DNA from: Bdellovibrionota bacterium | GTDB taxonomy: Bacteria > Bdellovibrionota_G > JALEGL01 > DATDPG01 | Assembly (NCBI GenBank): GCA_035292885.1 | Contig: DATDPG010000189.1 | Coordinates: forward strand, 2,722-66,721 | Direction: 5' to 3' | DNA length: 64,000 nt | In this document: positions 18,869-26,967 of the stretch, piece after piece | How the letters are laid out: each line of letters begins with the position of its first letter | Numbering within the stretch: position 1 is the first letter of the stretch | Translations under genes and position numbers: made by a program | Notes under the pieces: model-generated | What the model saw: the letters and a program-made list of their open reading frames with translations, nothing else | Told to the model about the DNA's origin: nothing | Database searches by the model: none

Positions 18869-19011
18869 GTGCCTACTAGATCAATAGTTTGGTAGGTCTT
18901 CGCCGAAACGGCTAACCGGCAGCGAAAGCGCGGGGCGCAAAGGTGGTGACCTAAAGGCTGGCATGTGTGTTGGCCGATGGTTGATTATCTGTCGAAACGA
19001 AGGAGTCTAAA

Positions 19012-19128
19012 ATGAAGAAAGAAACAAAGAAAGTGGAAGTCAAGAAGGTTAAATTGGATCTCGAGATCCTGGAACTTGAGGCCAAGATTGCTCCCAAGCT
19101 TACGCAGTCTTCTGGCGCAGAGTGCTAA
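19012..19128 (+). CDS. Unannotated 38-aa peptide, MKKETKKVEVKKVKLDLEILELEAKIAPKLTQSSGAEC; candidate RiPP precursor with C-terminal Cys
   Basis: ATG at 19012 is preceded by AAGGAG (19000-19005, 6-nt spacer). TAA is at 19126-19128, followed by an intrinsic terminator. The N-terminus is charged, helical and leader-like, and the tail is small-residue-rich ending in the only Cys. Tailoring and export genes surround it. Confidence 0.6.
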   Translation: MKKETKKVEVKKVKLDLEILELEAKIAPKLTQSSGAEC

Positions 19129-19152
19129 TTTAGCCTTCCTAACGGCTTAGAG

Positions 19153-19179
19153 AAAAAGGCCCCCAAGCGGGGCCTTTTT
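19153..19179 (+). terminator. Rho-independent (potentially bidirectional) terminator
   Basis: AAAAA (19153-57), GGCCCC (19158-63), loop CAAGC, GGGGCC (19169-74), TTTTT (19175-79). It starts 25 nt after the peptide stop codon. Confidence 0.8.
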
Positions 19180-19673
19180 CTTGTGGTGCGCCCATCATGG
19201 GCAATTGTCCAGTAATTCCCAGAGAATCCAGTTTGATAAATGTGCGCGTATCGGTTCTAAATCTTCCATCAAGATCTTCAGAGTTGTATTTGAGCGACCG
19301 TTGCAGCAAAGTCCAAACAGTGGGCTAGAGGCCGTAAAAGCGTATAGAGAACAGCAATTCCCGTAAAGTGAAGCGACCCGGACGAGGCTCTTGGAACTGA
19401 TTATCTCGGTATTCTTCAAGCAAACGGTCTAACCCACCATATTTGTTTTCTCAGAAATTCCATCAAATTCACCCGCGATTCGAATAGACTTATTGGTCCC
19501 TCGATCTCTTCCTACCCTAACAACCCTATGAAGATGAAAGACCTTACAAAATAGTAGTGCGGGAGGAGGATTTCCCGACATTCAGAGAAGTAGCGTATAA
19601 AGTTTCGGCTAAGATCAACATCACGGTTTCCAAAATCGTAACCGGTTCCCTTTGTGGATAGGGCTCAAAATAG

Positions 19674-22016
19674 TTGCCATGTAACGTCCTTGGGAGGTAC
19701 TTAACTGAGGTGATTTGGACTCTTCCATGGAAGGATCCATCTTTCTTTCTTGCTGAGGAGTCGGATGTTCAGGGATCTCAGGCTTCTGTCGACCATAATC
19801 TTTTTTTTCGGGATTTCCTTGCCTCCTCAAAAGTTATTCGACAGCAGAAGAAGGATGCTCAAGCCCGAGTTGTCCAACTGAATCGCCTTGAACGATTGCG
19901 TGGAGAGGAGGTGCGCGCATACTCCCACGCAATTCGAGAGATCACTGTCATCAACTCGCTGATCTCGCGATCGAACAGAGCTCCAATCAAGGACCTAGAG
20001 CTTTGGGAGGATTATATTTACCTGCTGACTTCCGACAATACGTCCTGGTATTTCTCGCTCACAAAGGCCTGTTACCGATTTAATTGTCCGCTGACCCAGA
20101 TCTTAAATCCATCCACTTACGGTAGAATCGGAAACCTCTGGAACCTATATCTCGAGTCCTATCTCCATCAAACGACTGAACGATTCGACCGACAAGATCT
20201 TGAGATTCTTTTTTCGGAAGAAGGTCAGTCCCCTTTTCTGATCAGTGCTTTACCATTGCTGGCCGATCCCAATATTAACGTTACGATCCTAGTTTTGGGT
20301 CCAGACCGTTTTGACTCCAAGTTTTTGGAGGCCCTGCGGAAAGTCATTACCACCGGGGCTCCAGGCGCTCGTTTTATGGTAAGTCCCCTCAGAAAACAGG
20401 GGCGTAATACGCGCGCGAAGAAGACCGGTCCCCAACCAGCGCGCCTACTTACCTGGAGGTTTGACCACTCGTTCCTGAAATCAGGAACCCAGCTGCGGGT
20501 GTTTAAAAAACAGCTGATGAATCTGAGTCGTGGCACAATCCGGCCCTTTCTCCAGGTGCATCTTGCGATGGATTCGTTTCCCAGGCAGCAGCAAGCTATC
20601 TTCGCCGTCATGGATACTGTTCTTGAGATCCAAAATAATATCTCCGGATTCGACCTAAGAATACACGTCGGGAGCCTCATAGGCCCCGACGGACGTGAAC
20701 TGAACTGGGAAACACAGCAAATGCGAATCGCTAATGTGGAAGATGTGATCAAGACGCTGCTCTGGGCCGAGTTCGACAATCGGGCGCTGGTTCCGAAACG
20801 AGCTCGCCGCTGTTCCGACGACGTATATGCCTCAGGAGTTTCATTGAGAGCGCGACAGCCGACTGAAGTGGAGAGCTGTTTTCCGTTGGATGAGATTTCC
20901 ACATTGGAGCCGCCATTAAGTCGTCACCATCTACGTTTTGGGCGTGATTTTCAGGATATGATCATCGATGAATTTGAAGCTGAAAAGCGTCCACATAAAT
21001 TTCTCTTCTTCGGCAACGGCCCTTTTGTTGTGGGCTCAACGCCGAGGCATGCGACTGCAAGGAGCATTTTACGGACGTTTCAGCGATGGCGTCCCCTTAA
21101 GTCGTATCTTAAGGTTTTTAGAAATTCCGAAGATCAAAAAAAAATGCTTTCGGTTTTGGACCTCCTCGTACGTAACGAAATCCTTGAGGTCCGCAGACCC
21201 CTTCAGCGCCGCCGTAAGATCTCGGCCCCGTCCAAACATGGCTGTATTCATTTCGTAGGCGTGGGACCCGGCGAAGAGGGTGCCATGAGCATCGGGGCGG
21301 CCGCCGCCTTGGACGGTGCTGAGGAGATTTGGATGCAGGATCTCGGACCTCCTGGATTTGAGCGCGCGTTTTTGCGTCGATGGATTTACAATGCTCCAAA
21401 GGTCGTGAACCTGAGCAGCTTTTATGATATCGCCGAGGCCTCGCGCTCTCTCTTTTATAACATCACCCCTCGGCGAATTTTGCACCTGGCGCAACAGGGA
21501 CGATCTATTACCTTCGCTTTCTCGGGAAACCCCGAGGTGTGGGTGTATCTCACGGAAGTGGTAAAACAGCACACGTTGCATCAGAGGGTGGCCCTGAAGC
21601 TGACTCACTCTATGTCGTTCATAGACATCATGTACGAAGCGACCCCCCTCTCGTTTCCCGACAAAGTTCAAGTGCGCCTTGGAGGCGTGACCGCTCCGGA
21701 TATTTCGCCAAATATGGATTGTATCCTTGGTCAGTTGGGGGATAGAGGAAAGACAGGATTCCACAGCGCCACGAAGCAGCTGGTAGAGGATCTCCAGCGA
21801 TTTTTTCCTGATGACCATCCGATATTTCTGTCCGGAAACCACGCAATTTCCGGGACCCAGAAATCTTTACAAATATCGGTGAAGGAGCTTGCAGCCGTAG
21901 CTCTGAAATTCAATCAATGGAATTTCAGCGCTTTGATCCCTTCACTTAGCCGTGGACGGCTGGTTCAAAAGTTGTTTGCGGAAGGAAACCCCGACAATTC
22001 AATGGTTTTCTTCTGA
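19674..22016 (+). CDS. Large protein of unknown function with a C-terminal tetrapyrrole-methylase-fold (TP_methylase-like) domain
   Basis: C-terminal ~260 aa: 'IHFVGVGPGEEGAMSIGAAAALDGAEEIW', 'GRSITFAFSGNPEVWV', 'THSMSFID'. I recognise nothing in the N-terminal ~520 aa. The start is uncertain (the tracked start is TTG). Confidence 0.5.
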   Translation: MPCNVLGRYLTEVIWTLPWKDPSFFLAEESDVQGSQASVDHNLFFRDFLASSKVIRQQKKDAQARVVQLNRLERLRGEEVRAYSHAIREITVINSLISRSNRAPIKDLELWEDYIYLLTSDNTSWYFSLTKACYRFNCPLTQILNPSTYGRIGNLWNLYLESYLHQTTERFDRQDLEILFSEEGQSPFLISALPLLADPNINVTILVLGPDRFDSKFLEALRKVITTGAPGARFMVSPLRKQGRNTRAKKTGPQPARLLTWRFDHSFLKSGTQLRVFKKQLMNLSRGTIRPFLQVHLAMDSFPRQQQAIFAVMDTVLEIQNNISGFDLRIHVGSLIGPDGRELNWETQQMRIANVEDVIKTLLWAEFDNRALVPKRARRCSDDVYASGVSLRARQPTEVESCFPLDEISTLEPPLSRHHLRFGRDFQDMIIDEFEAEKRPHKFLFFGNGPFVVGSTPRHATARSILRTFQRWRPLKSYLKVFRNSEDQKKMLSVLDLLVRNEILEVRRPLQRRRKISAPSKHGCIHFVGVGPGEEGAMSIGAAAALDGAEEIWMQDLGPPGFERAFLRRWIYNAPKVVNLSSFYDIAEASRSLFYNITPRRILHLAQQGRSITFAFSGNPEVWVYLTEVVKQHTLHQRVALKLTHSMSFIDIMYEATPLSFPDKVQVRLGGVTAPDISPNMDCILGQLGDRGKTGFHSATKQLVEDLQRFFPDDHPIFLSGNHAISGTQKSLQISVKELAAVALKFNQWNFSALIPSLSRGRLVQKLFAEGNPDNSMVFF

Positions 22017-22157
22017 CGGTCGACGTGGTGAAGAAACTAGATATCCACGGGCTTACGCCCGGGGATCTTCTAAGGTGTATTAGAGGAGATTATCTCCAAA
22101 ATCCTGGATAAAATGGATAAATTAGAAGTAGTTGAGTAACCTTACGTTCTATCATCT

Positions 22158-23408
22158 GTGTTGAACCTTCCTTTTCAAGTTTACTTTGCCTTCCCCGACG
22201 GTCTTCTTCGTTATAATTGTCCGGAATGTGGTTTCCAATGTTGCAAGGGCGCTGGTTTCGGTGTCACCGCTAAAGAAATGACCAAACTGGAAGTCTTGTA
22301 CCCTACGCTTAAATATTTTGCTCAACCAGCTACCAGACGAGCCGTAACAGGCGTGCCACTCATCAATCTGAAGCCGAAATGTTTTTTCTTACAAGACTCT
22401 GGTTTTTGTGACATACAAGCCAAACACGGCCGCGATTTCAAACCTATAGTTTGTAAAACATTCCCGGCAAACGCCTATTTCTTTTCGAATGATATTCTTG
22501 TGGTGGACGTTAACTTTCTTTGTCCGCTTAAGATTTCTAGCTCTCCAGAAAATGATGCGGTTTTGTATTATGAGGACATTTTGAAAGATATTATGGTTGC
22601 AGCCGATTACATTAAAGGCGCAGGAACAGTAACAGCTAGGAGGCCCGAACAACCCCCACAAGTGAGAGAACTCACAAAGCAAATCATTCAGCATGAAACT
22701 TGGTCTCGAGACTCTTTTCGTAGGATAGAAACGACGGACTTGTTTGATGTGCTTGCCACCTGGGAATTAACGTCTCTACAAGAGAATGACAGTGAACCTG
22801 AAGTGCCACCGCCACATTTGATCACAGAAAAAAAACAAGAGCTTGAGTTGTTCCGACGGCAAATAGTAATGTTTATCGGCGCTGAAGATTACCTTGCGAC
22901 ACGAAGCACTATCGACGATATGGCATTAATTGTACTGTCTTCGTCGATCCGGATGTCAATCTTGAAACGATTCCCCCACATTGTGTACGAAACGGAATTT
23001 TTGCCATCTATCTCACGAATATTTTGTGCTGCGTCAACCCTTGTTCAACTTGCGTCAATAACGCAAGGCACTCCCTGCTCTCTGCAAGCAGTTTCTACAG
23101 TAACGTCCTCGTTTCTCGCTGCAATTTTCCTGCTTGGACATTTAGATCATGTGCCAACGATTCCAGCCCCAAGAGAGGGAGAAAAGATGACCATTGACGC
23201 AGCACTGTCCTACGAAGGTAACATAAAAAGATTCTTTCAATTCGTATATGAGCAGAACGACGAACTAAATCTAACGTTGAGAGAGATTGTTGAGCAGCAT
23301 GCAAAAGAAGATCGATTTGACTCGTTGATGTTTCTTAAGAGCTTATCCGGGAACGCAATAAGCCGTATGAAGTTTCTACCAAAGGGCCCAACGCATTCGA
23401 TATCGTAA
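22158..23408 (+). CDS. YkgJ/UPF0153-like Cys-cluster (CxxCxxCC) protein with a long extension of unknown function
   Basis: 'YNCPECGFQCCKGAG' matches the CxxCxxCC zinc/iron-chelating motif, and further Cys residues occur at 'KCFFLQDSGFCD' and 'PIVCKTFP'. GTG start. Confidence 0.5.
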   Translation: MLNLPFQVYFAFPDGLLRYNCPECGFQCCKGAGFGVTAKEMTKLEVLYPTLKYFAQPATRRAVTGVPLINLKPKCFFLQDSGFCDIQAKHGRDFKPIVCKTFPANAYFFSNDILVVDVNFLCPLKISSSPENDAVLYYEDILKDIMVAADYIKGAGTVTARRPEQPPQVRELTKQIIQHETWSRDSFRRIETTDLFDVLATWELTSLQENDSEPEVPPPHLITEKKQELELFRRQIVMFIGAEDYLATRSTIDDMALIVLSSSIRMSILKRFPHIVYETEFLPSISRIFCAASTLVQLASITQGTPCSLQAVSTVTSSFLAAIFLLGHLDHVPTIPAPREGEKMTIDAALSYEGNIKRFFQFVYEQNDELNLTLREIVEQHAKEDRFDSLMFLKSLSGNAISRMKFLPKGPTHSIS

Positions 23409-23422
23409 CTTGATGTGTCAGA

Positions 23423-25156
23423 TTACTGCTTAATGAGCTTTGCTTGATCCAAAAACCCAAGAATCTTTTTTGCACTTTCACCTACATTTTCGGTGTCGGT
23501 CCTTACCAGGACTTCGGGGTTATCAGGAGGTTCATAGGGATCTGATACTCCTGTGAAGTTTTTAATCTCGCCTGCGATCGCTTTTTTATATAGGCCCTTT
23601 ACATCCCGATTGATCAACGTATTTAATTCGGCCTTCACAAAAACCTCTACAAAAGGAACGCCGTCTTGCGCCGCAAGTTTTCGCACTTCATTCCGAATCT
23701 CTTTGTAAGGCGAAATCGCAGCCGTTATTGCGATGACACCGTTTCGCGCTAAAAGTCGGGCCACGAATCCAATCCTCCGAATATTGGCGTCGCGATCTTC
23801 TTTGGAAAAGCCAAGCCCCTTGGAAAGATACGTGCGAACCTCATCCCCGTCCAAAATTTCAAGTCGGCGATTGGAGAGTTGTCGTTTAATGACATTCGCA
23901 ATCGTACTTTTTCCTGCACCTGACATTCCCGTGAACCAAAGGATGAAACCCCCTGGTGAATTCGTAGAGATTGTAGGAGCATTTGTGCGATTTTCGGATT
24001 TTGTATCGGCAGCGTAATAATCGCGAAGAACCTTTGCAACTTCAGGGCGTGTAAACTCTTGGGGGAGGTTCCCTCCACTACGCAAGATGTCGCGTACTTT
24101 GGTCCCAGAAAACTCTAATCGTTCAGAATCCCCATGAGGGCAGGTGCGCTCAGAGGCTAGGTTTCCGCATGCCTTGCAATAGAATGTGGGATCAAATTTG
24201 AGAGCAACTACACCCAACTCCGATGGTTCAAAACGATCAAAAATCTCCTGAGCCTCGAGCGGCCCGTAAAACTTTCCGACGCCTGCATGGTCGCGCCCTA
24301 CAATGAAATGGGTGATGCCGTAGTTTTTCCTAACCAGGGCGTGAAAGATGGCTTCGCGAGGTCCCGCGTAGCGCATAGCCGCAGGGAAAGCTGCAAGCAG
24401 CGTACGGTCTTTTGGATAATAATTCTCGATCAGAATTTGATAGGCCTGGAAACGGACCGATGCGGGGATATCATCGCTCTTGGTTTCACCGATAAGAGGA
24501 TGGATCACGAGACCATCGGTAAATTCCAAGGCAAGCTTTGTTAGATGTTCATGCGCGCGGTGGATTGGATTTCGCGTTTGAAAGCCGGCCACACGTTGCC
24601 ATTTTCGCTGAGCGATCTTTTCTCTTAAAGCTTTTGGGGTCAGACGATACTCGGAAAAAGAAAGATTGGAGGGGAGGGGTAGAACCTTTACCTTTCCGCC
24701 AATCAAAAGGGTCGGCCTAGAAAGGAGATAGGCCACTCCTGGATGGCTCGGATCTTCCGTGCGATAGATCGCCTTTGCCTCATGTTTTGGATCTCGCTCA
24801 AAAATCTCTTCGATTTGAAGAACTCCCCAGAGTCGATCTGTACTATCGTAAAGCGCTGCCTTCTTCCCCACAGATAGCTCTTTTCGCTGGATATCATTGA
24901 TAGCTATCGTTATGGGTAGTGGCCAAACCGTCCCGTTTGACAGTCGAAGTCGGTCGAGGACGTTTAAATAGTCAGCAGACCCCATGAACCCTTGCAAAGG
25001 ACTAACAGCTCCTACTGCAATGAGCTCTAAATCTGCCAATTCCCGATTATCGAGTGTGAGCTTTGGAAGTGTCTTAGCTTCTTTTTCAAATTCAGAAAGC
25101 TCCGCCGAAGAGACGAGGCATTCAATTAATTGCCCACCATGAGGTTCGGTTAGCAT
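23423..25156 (-). CDS. sat-cysC: Bifunctional sulfate adenylyltransferase / adenylylsulfate kinase (PAPS synthesis)
   Basis: ATP-sulfurylase motifs 'FQTRNPIHRAHE' and 'VGRDHAGVG'. The C-terminal APS-kinase P-loop is 'WFTGMSGAGKSTIA'. Confidence 0.9.
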   Translation of the reverse strand: MLTEPHGGQLIECLVSSAELSEFEKEAKTLPKLTLDNRELADLELIAVGAVSPLQGFMGSADYLNVLDRLRLSNGTVWPLPITIAINDIQRKELSVGKKAALYDSTDRLWGVLQIEEIFERDPKHEAKAIYRTEDPSHPGVAYLLSRPTLLIGGKVKVLPLPSNLSFSEYRLTPKALREKIAQRKWQRVAGFQTRNPIHRAHEHLTKLALEFTDGLVIHPLIGETKSDDIPASVRFQAYQILIENYYPKDRTLLAAFPAAMRYAGPREAIFHALVRKNYGITHFIVGRDHAGVGKFYGPLEAQEIFDRFEPSELGVVALKFDPTFYCKACGNLASERTCPHGDSERLEFSGTKVRDILRSGGNLPQEFTRPEVAKVLRDYYAADTKSENRTNAPTISTNSPGGFILWFTGMSGAGKSTIANVIKRQLSNRRLEILDGDEVRTYLSKGLGFSKEDRDANIRRIGFVARLLARNGVIAITAAISPYKEIRNEVRKLAAQDGVPFVEVFVKAELNTLINRDVKGLYKKAIAGEIKNFTGVSDPYEPPDNPEVLVRTDTENVGESAKKILGFLDQAKLIKQ

Positions 25157-26016
25157 AGTTTTGCTTGATCAGGTGCTACGGAAAAGACCTCTTTGGCTAC
25201 ACGGTTCCAAATTTCTTGGGGTGCCGCAAAAATCCCACCCGGTTGATGAGGATCCTTTTTACCATAGCGAAATTCTTTTCCATAACAGTCTGTAACGATA
25301 CCGCCTGCGCCACGAAGAAGCGCTTCCGGCGCACATGTATCCCATTCCTTCAAAAATGGTACCGGATGAACGTAAAGATCGGCTTGATCTTGCGCGATCA
25401 TCGCACATTTTAGCCCTACGGAGCCACAAAGGACGATTTCTGCGTTCTTTAGTCTTGTCTTAAGTTGTTCCAGTTTTGGATCCGGGTGAGATCGGGAACA
25501 GACAAACCTGAGACGAGGCGATGGAGATTGAGAAAGGATGAGTGGGTGAGGTGTTTTCTCTTCCGTCGGCTGTTCCACCATCCAGGCGCCTATCCCTATC
25601 CCTCCAAAGTGGAGAATGCCAGGGTCTGGACGATAAACCGCTCCTAGCTGGCACTTTCCATTCAGTGCAAGACCAACCATGACACTGAATTCTCCCGTTT
25701 GACTAATAAAGTCATTCGTTCCATCCAATGGATCCACTAACCAGAGCCGGTCGGAAGCTTTGTCCTCTTCATCTGGCGGGCTCTCTTCACTCACGATCCG
25801 GTCTTTTGGGAAATGTTGGTGCAGCATTTCTAAGATGATTCGGTTTGCGGCAAGATCCGCCTCTGTGACAAAGTCCCCTGGCTTTTTCTCCCGCGTCATT
25901 AACCCTTTTTTACGATAGTATTTGAGCGCTTCCCTTCCTGCCAAAACTGCGGCTTTAGTCGCGATTTTAAATTCCTGAACGAAACTTTTTATCTCTAATG
26001 GAAGAATAGAAATCAT
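25150..26016 (-). CDS. cysQ: 3'(2'),5'-bisphosphate nucleotidase (inositol-monophosphatase family)
   Basis: 'VSEES', 'WLVDPLDGTNDF', 'WDTCAPEALLRGAGG'. It overlaps sat-cysC by 7 nt. Confidence 0.8.
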   Translation of the reverse strand: MISILPLEIKSFVQEFKIATKAAVLAGREALKYYRKKGLMTREKKPGDFVTEADLAANRIILEMLHQHFPKDRIVSEESPPDEEDKASDRLWLVDPLDGTNDFISQTGEFSVMVGLALNGKCQLGAVYRPDPGILHFGGIGIGAWMVEQPTEEKTPHPLILSQSPSPRLRFVCSRSHPDPKLEQLKTRLKNAEIVLCGSVGLKCAMIAQDQADLYVHPVPFLKEWDTCAPEALLRGAGGIVTDCYGKEFRYGKKDPHQPGGIFAAPQEIWNRVAKEVFSVAPDQAKLC

Positions 26017-26052
26017 GTTACATTTTTTTTGTAAGTTCAGTAAACTTTTGAA

Positions 26053-26805
26053 ATGAACCCAATGGCCATCTTTCTTGGGTTTTTTGTAGGAACTCTGGTG
26101 GGTTTCACATCTATTGGTGGCGGAGCTTTGCTTACTCCATGCCTCATTCTTATTTTACACATTTCACCTTCCATCGCGATTGCCACAGATCTCTTTGTCG
26201 GAAGTATTACAAAATTTGTGGGGGCAGGGACCTACGCGATTCGTCGAGAGGTGAACTGGGAAATAGTCGGTCGGCTCGCTTCTGGATCGGTTCCTGGAGC
26301 CATCCTGGGAACTCTTCTGATGAACTATCTCCCAAAAGAGGATCTCGAGCCGTTGCTCAAGCATCTTCTAGGTCTAGTCTTGATCCTGGCGGCAGCATCG
26401 TCATGGGCGAGAAGTAGATATTACAAACGAATTTCAGAACCTAAAGCAATGCCTTCCTTTGTTCGAACTATGATTTTTGGCTTTCTTGTGGGATTTATTG
26501 TGAGCATGACAAGCATTGGAAGCGGATCGGTTCTTCTTCTTATTATGACTCTCTTTTTCCCGATCCATCCCAAGACCATTGTTGGAACCGATCTCATGCA
26601 TGCGGTGGTTCTTTGCTCAGCGGCATCACTCGGCCATTTGTTAAAAGGAAGAGTTGATTTTCATTTGGCAAGATCGATCTTAATTGGAGCCGTGCCTGGA
26701 GTTCTCCTCGGTGCGCAGCTTGTTTTGATTCTTCCAGCAAGGATTATTCGAACTGTTCTAACCGTAGTTTTGATGCTGGTCGGACTTCTAATGTTGTTGC
26801 ATTAG
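26053..26805 (+). CDS. TauE/SafE (TSUP) family sulfite/sulfonate exporter-like membrane protein
   Basis: About 8 predicted TM segments with an internal repeat carrying Gly-rich motifs ('FTSIGGGALL', 'MTSIGSGSVLL'). Size is 250 aa. Confidence 0.7.
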   Translation: MNPMAIFLGFFVGTLVGFTSIGGGALLTPCLILILHISPSIAIATDLFVGSITKFVGAGTYAIRREVNWEIVGRLASGSVPGAILGTLLMNYLPKEDLEPLLKHLLGLVLILAAASSWARSRYYKRISEPKAMPSFVRTMIFGFLVGFIVSMTSIGSGSVLLLIMTLFFPIHPKTIVGTDLMHAVVLCSAASLGHLLKGRVDFHLARSILIGAVPGVLLGAQLVLILPARIIRTVLTVVLMLVGLLMLLH

Positions 26806-26913
26806 AGGCTGGGATGTCTGTAATTAGATTGGCTTTTTATCTATTCTTTCTCTTTCTGATGGTTGCCAAGTAGCGAATAAGATGAATACATTATCATCAC
26901 TTTCTACCGAACT

Positions 26914-26922
26914 TGTTATAAT
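26914..26922 (+). promoter_or_regulatory. Extended -10 promoter candidate upstream of the sulfotransferase gene
   Basis: TGtTATAAT (TG 26914-15, TATAAT 26917-22) lies 46 nt upstream of the GTG start at 26968. The -35 is weak ('tcatca'). Confidence 0.3.
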
Positions 26923-26967
26923 TTGACGTATGCATAACTCATACAATACAGCCTTTTTTAGTCGTTT

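Noticed and set aside
19195-19419. 74-aa Cys-containing minus-strand ORF (…GNCCSLYAFTASSPLFGLCCNGRS…) abutting the bidirectional terminator; considered as a second precursor or small protein
   Set aside because: The start is TTG with no SD site, and an in-frame stop lies just upstream. The surrounding 19181-19673 region looks like non-coding or decayed sequence. This is not excluded, only unsupported.
20225-21842. 225-aa and 257-aa minus-strand ORFs antisense to the 780-aa gene
   Set aside because: They are much shorter than the uninterrupted 2.3-kb plus-strand frame, which also carries the TP-methylase-like motifs. Neither has a motif or an SD site.
22025-22111. 28-codon GTG-initiated ORF (VVKKLDIHGLTPGDLLRCIRGDYLQNPG) between the 780-aa and CxxCxxCC genes
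   Set aside because: It has no SD site, a non-ATG start and no terminator. It is indistinguishable from chance.
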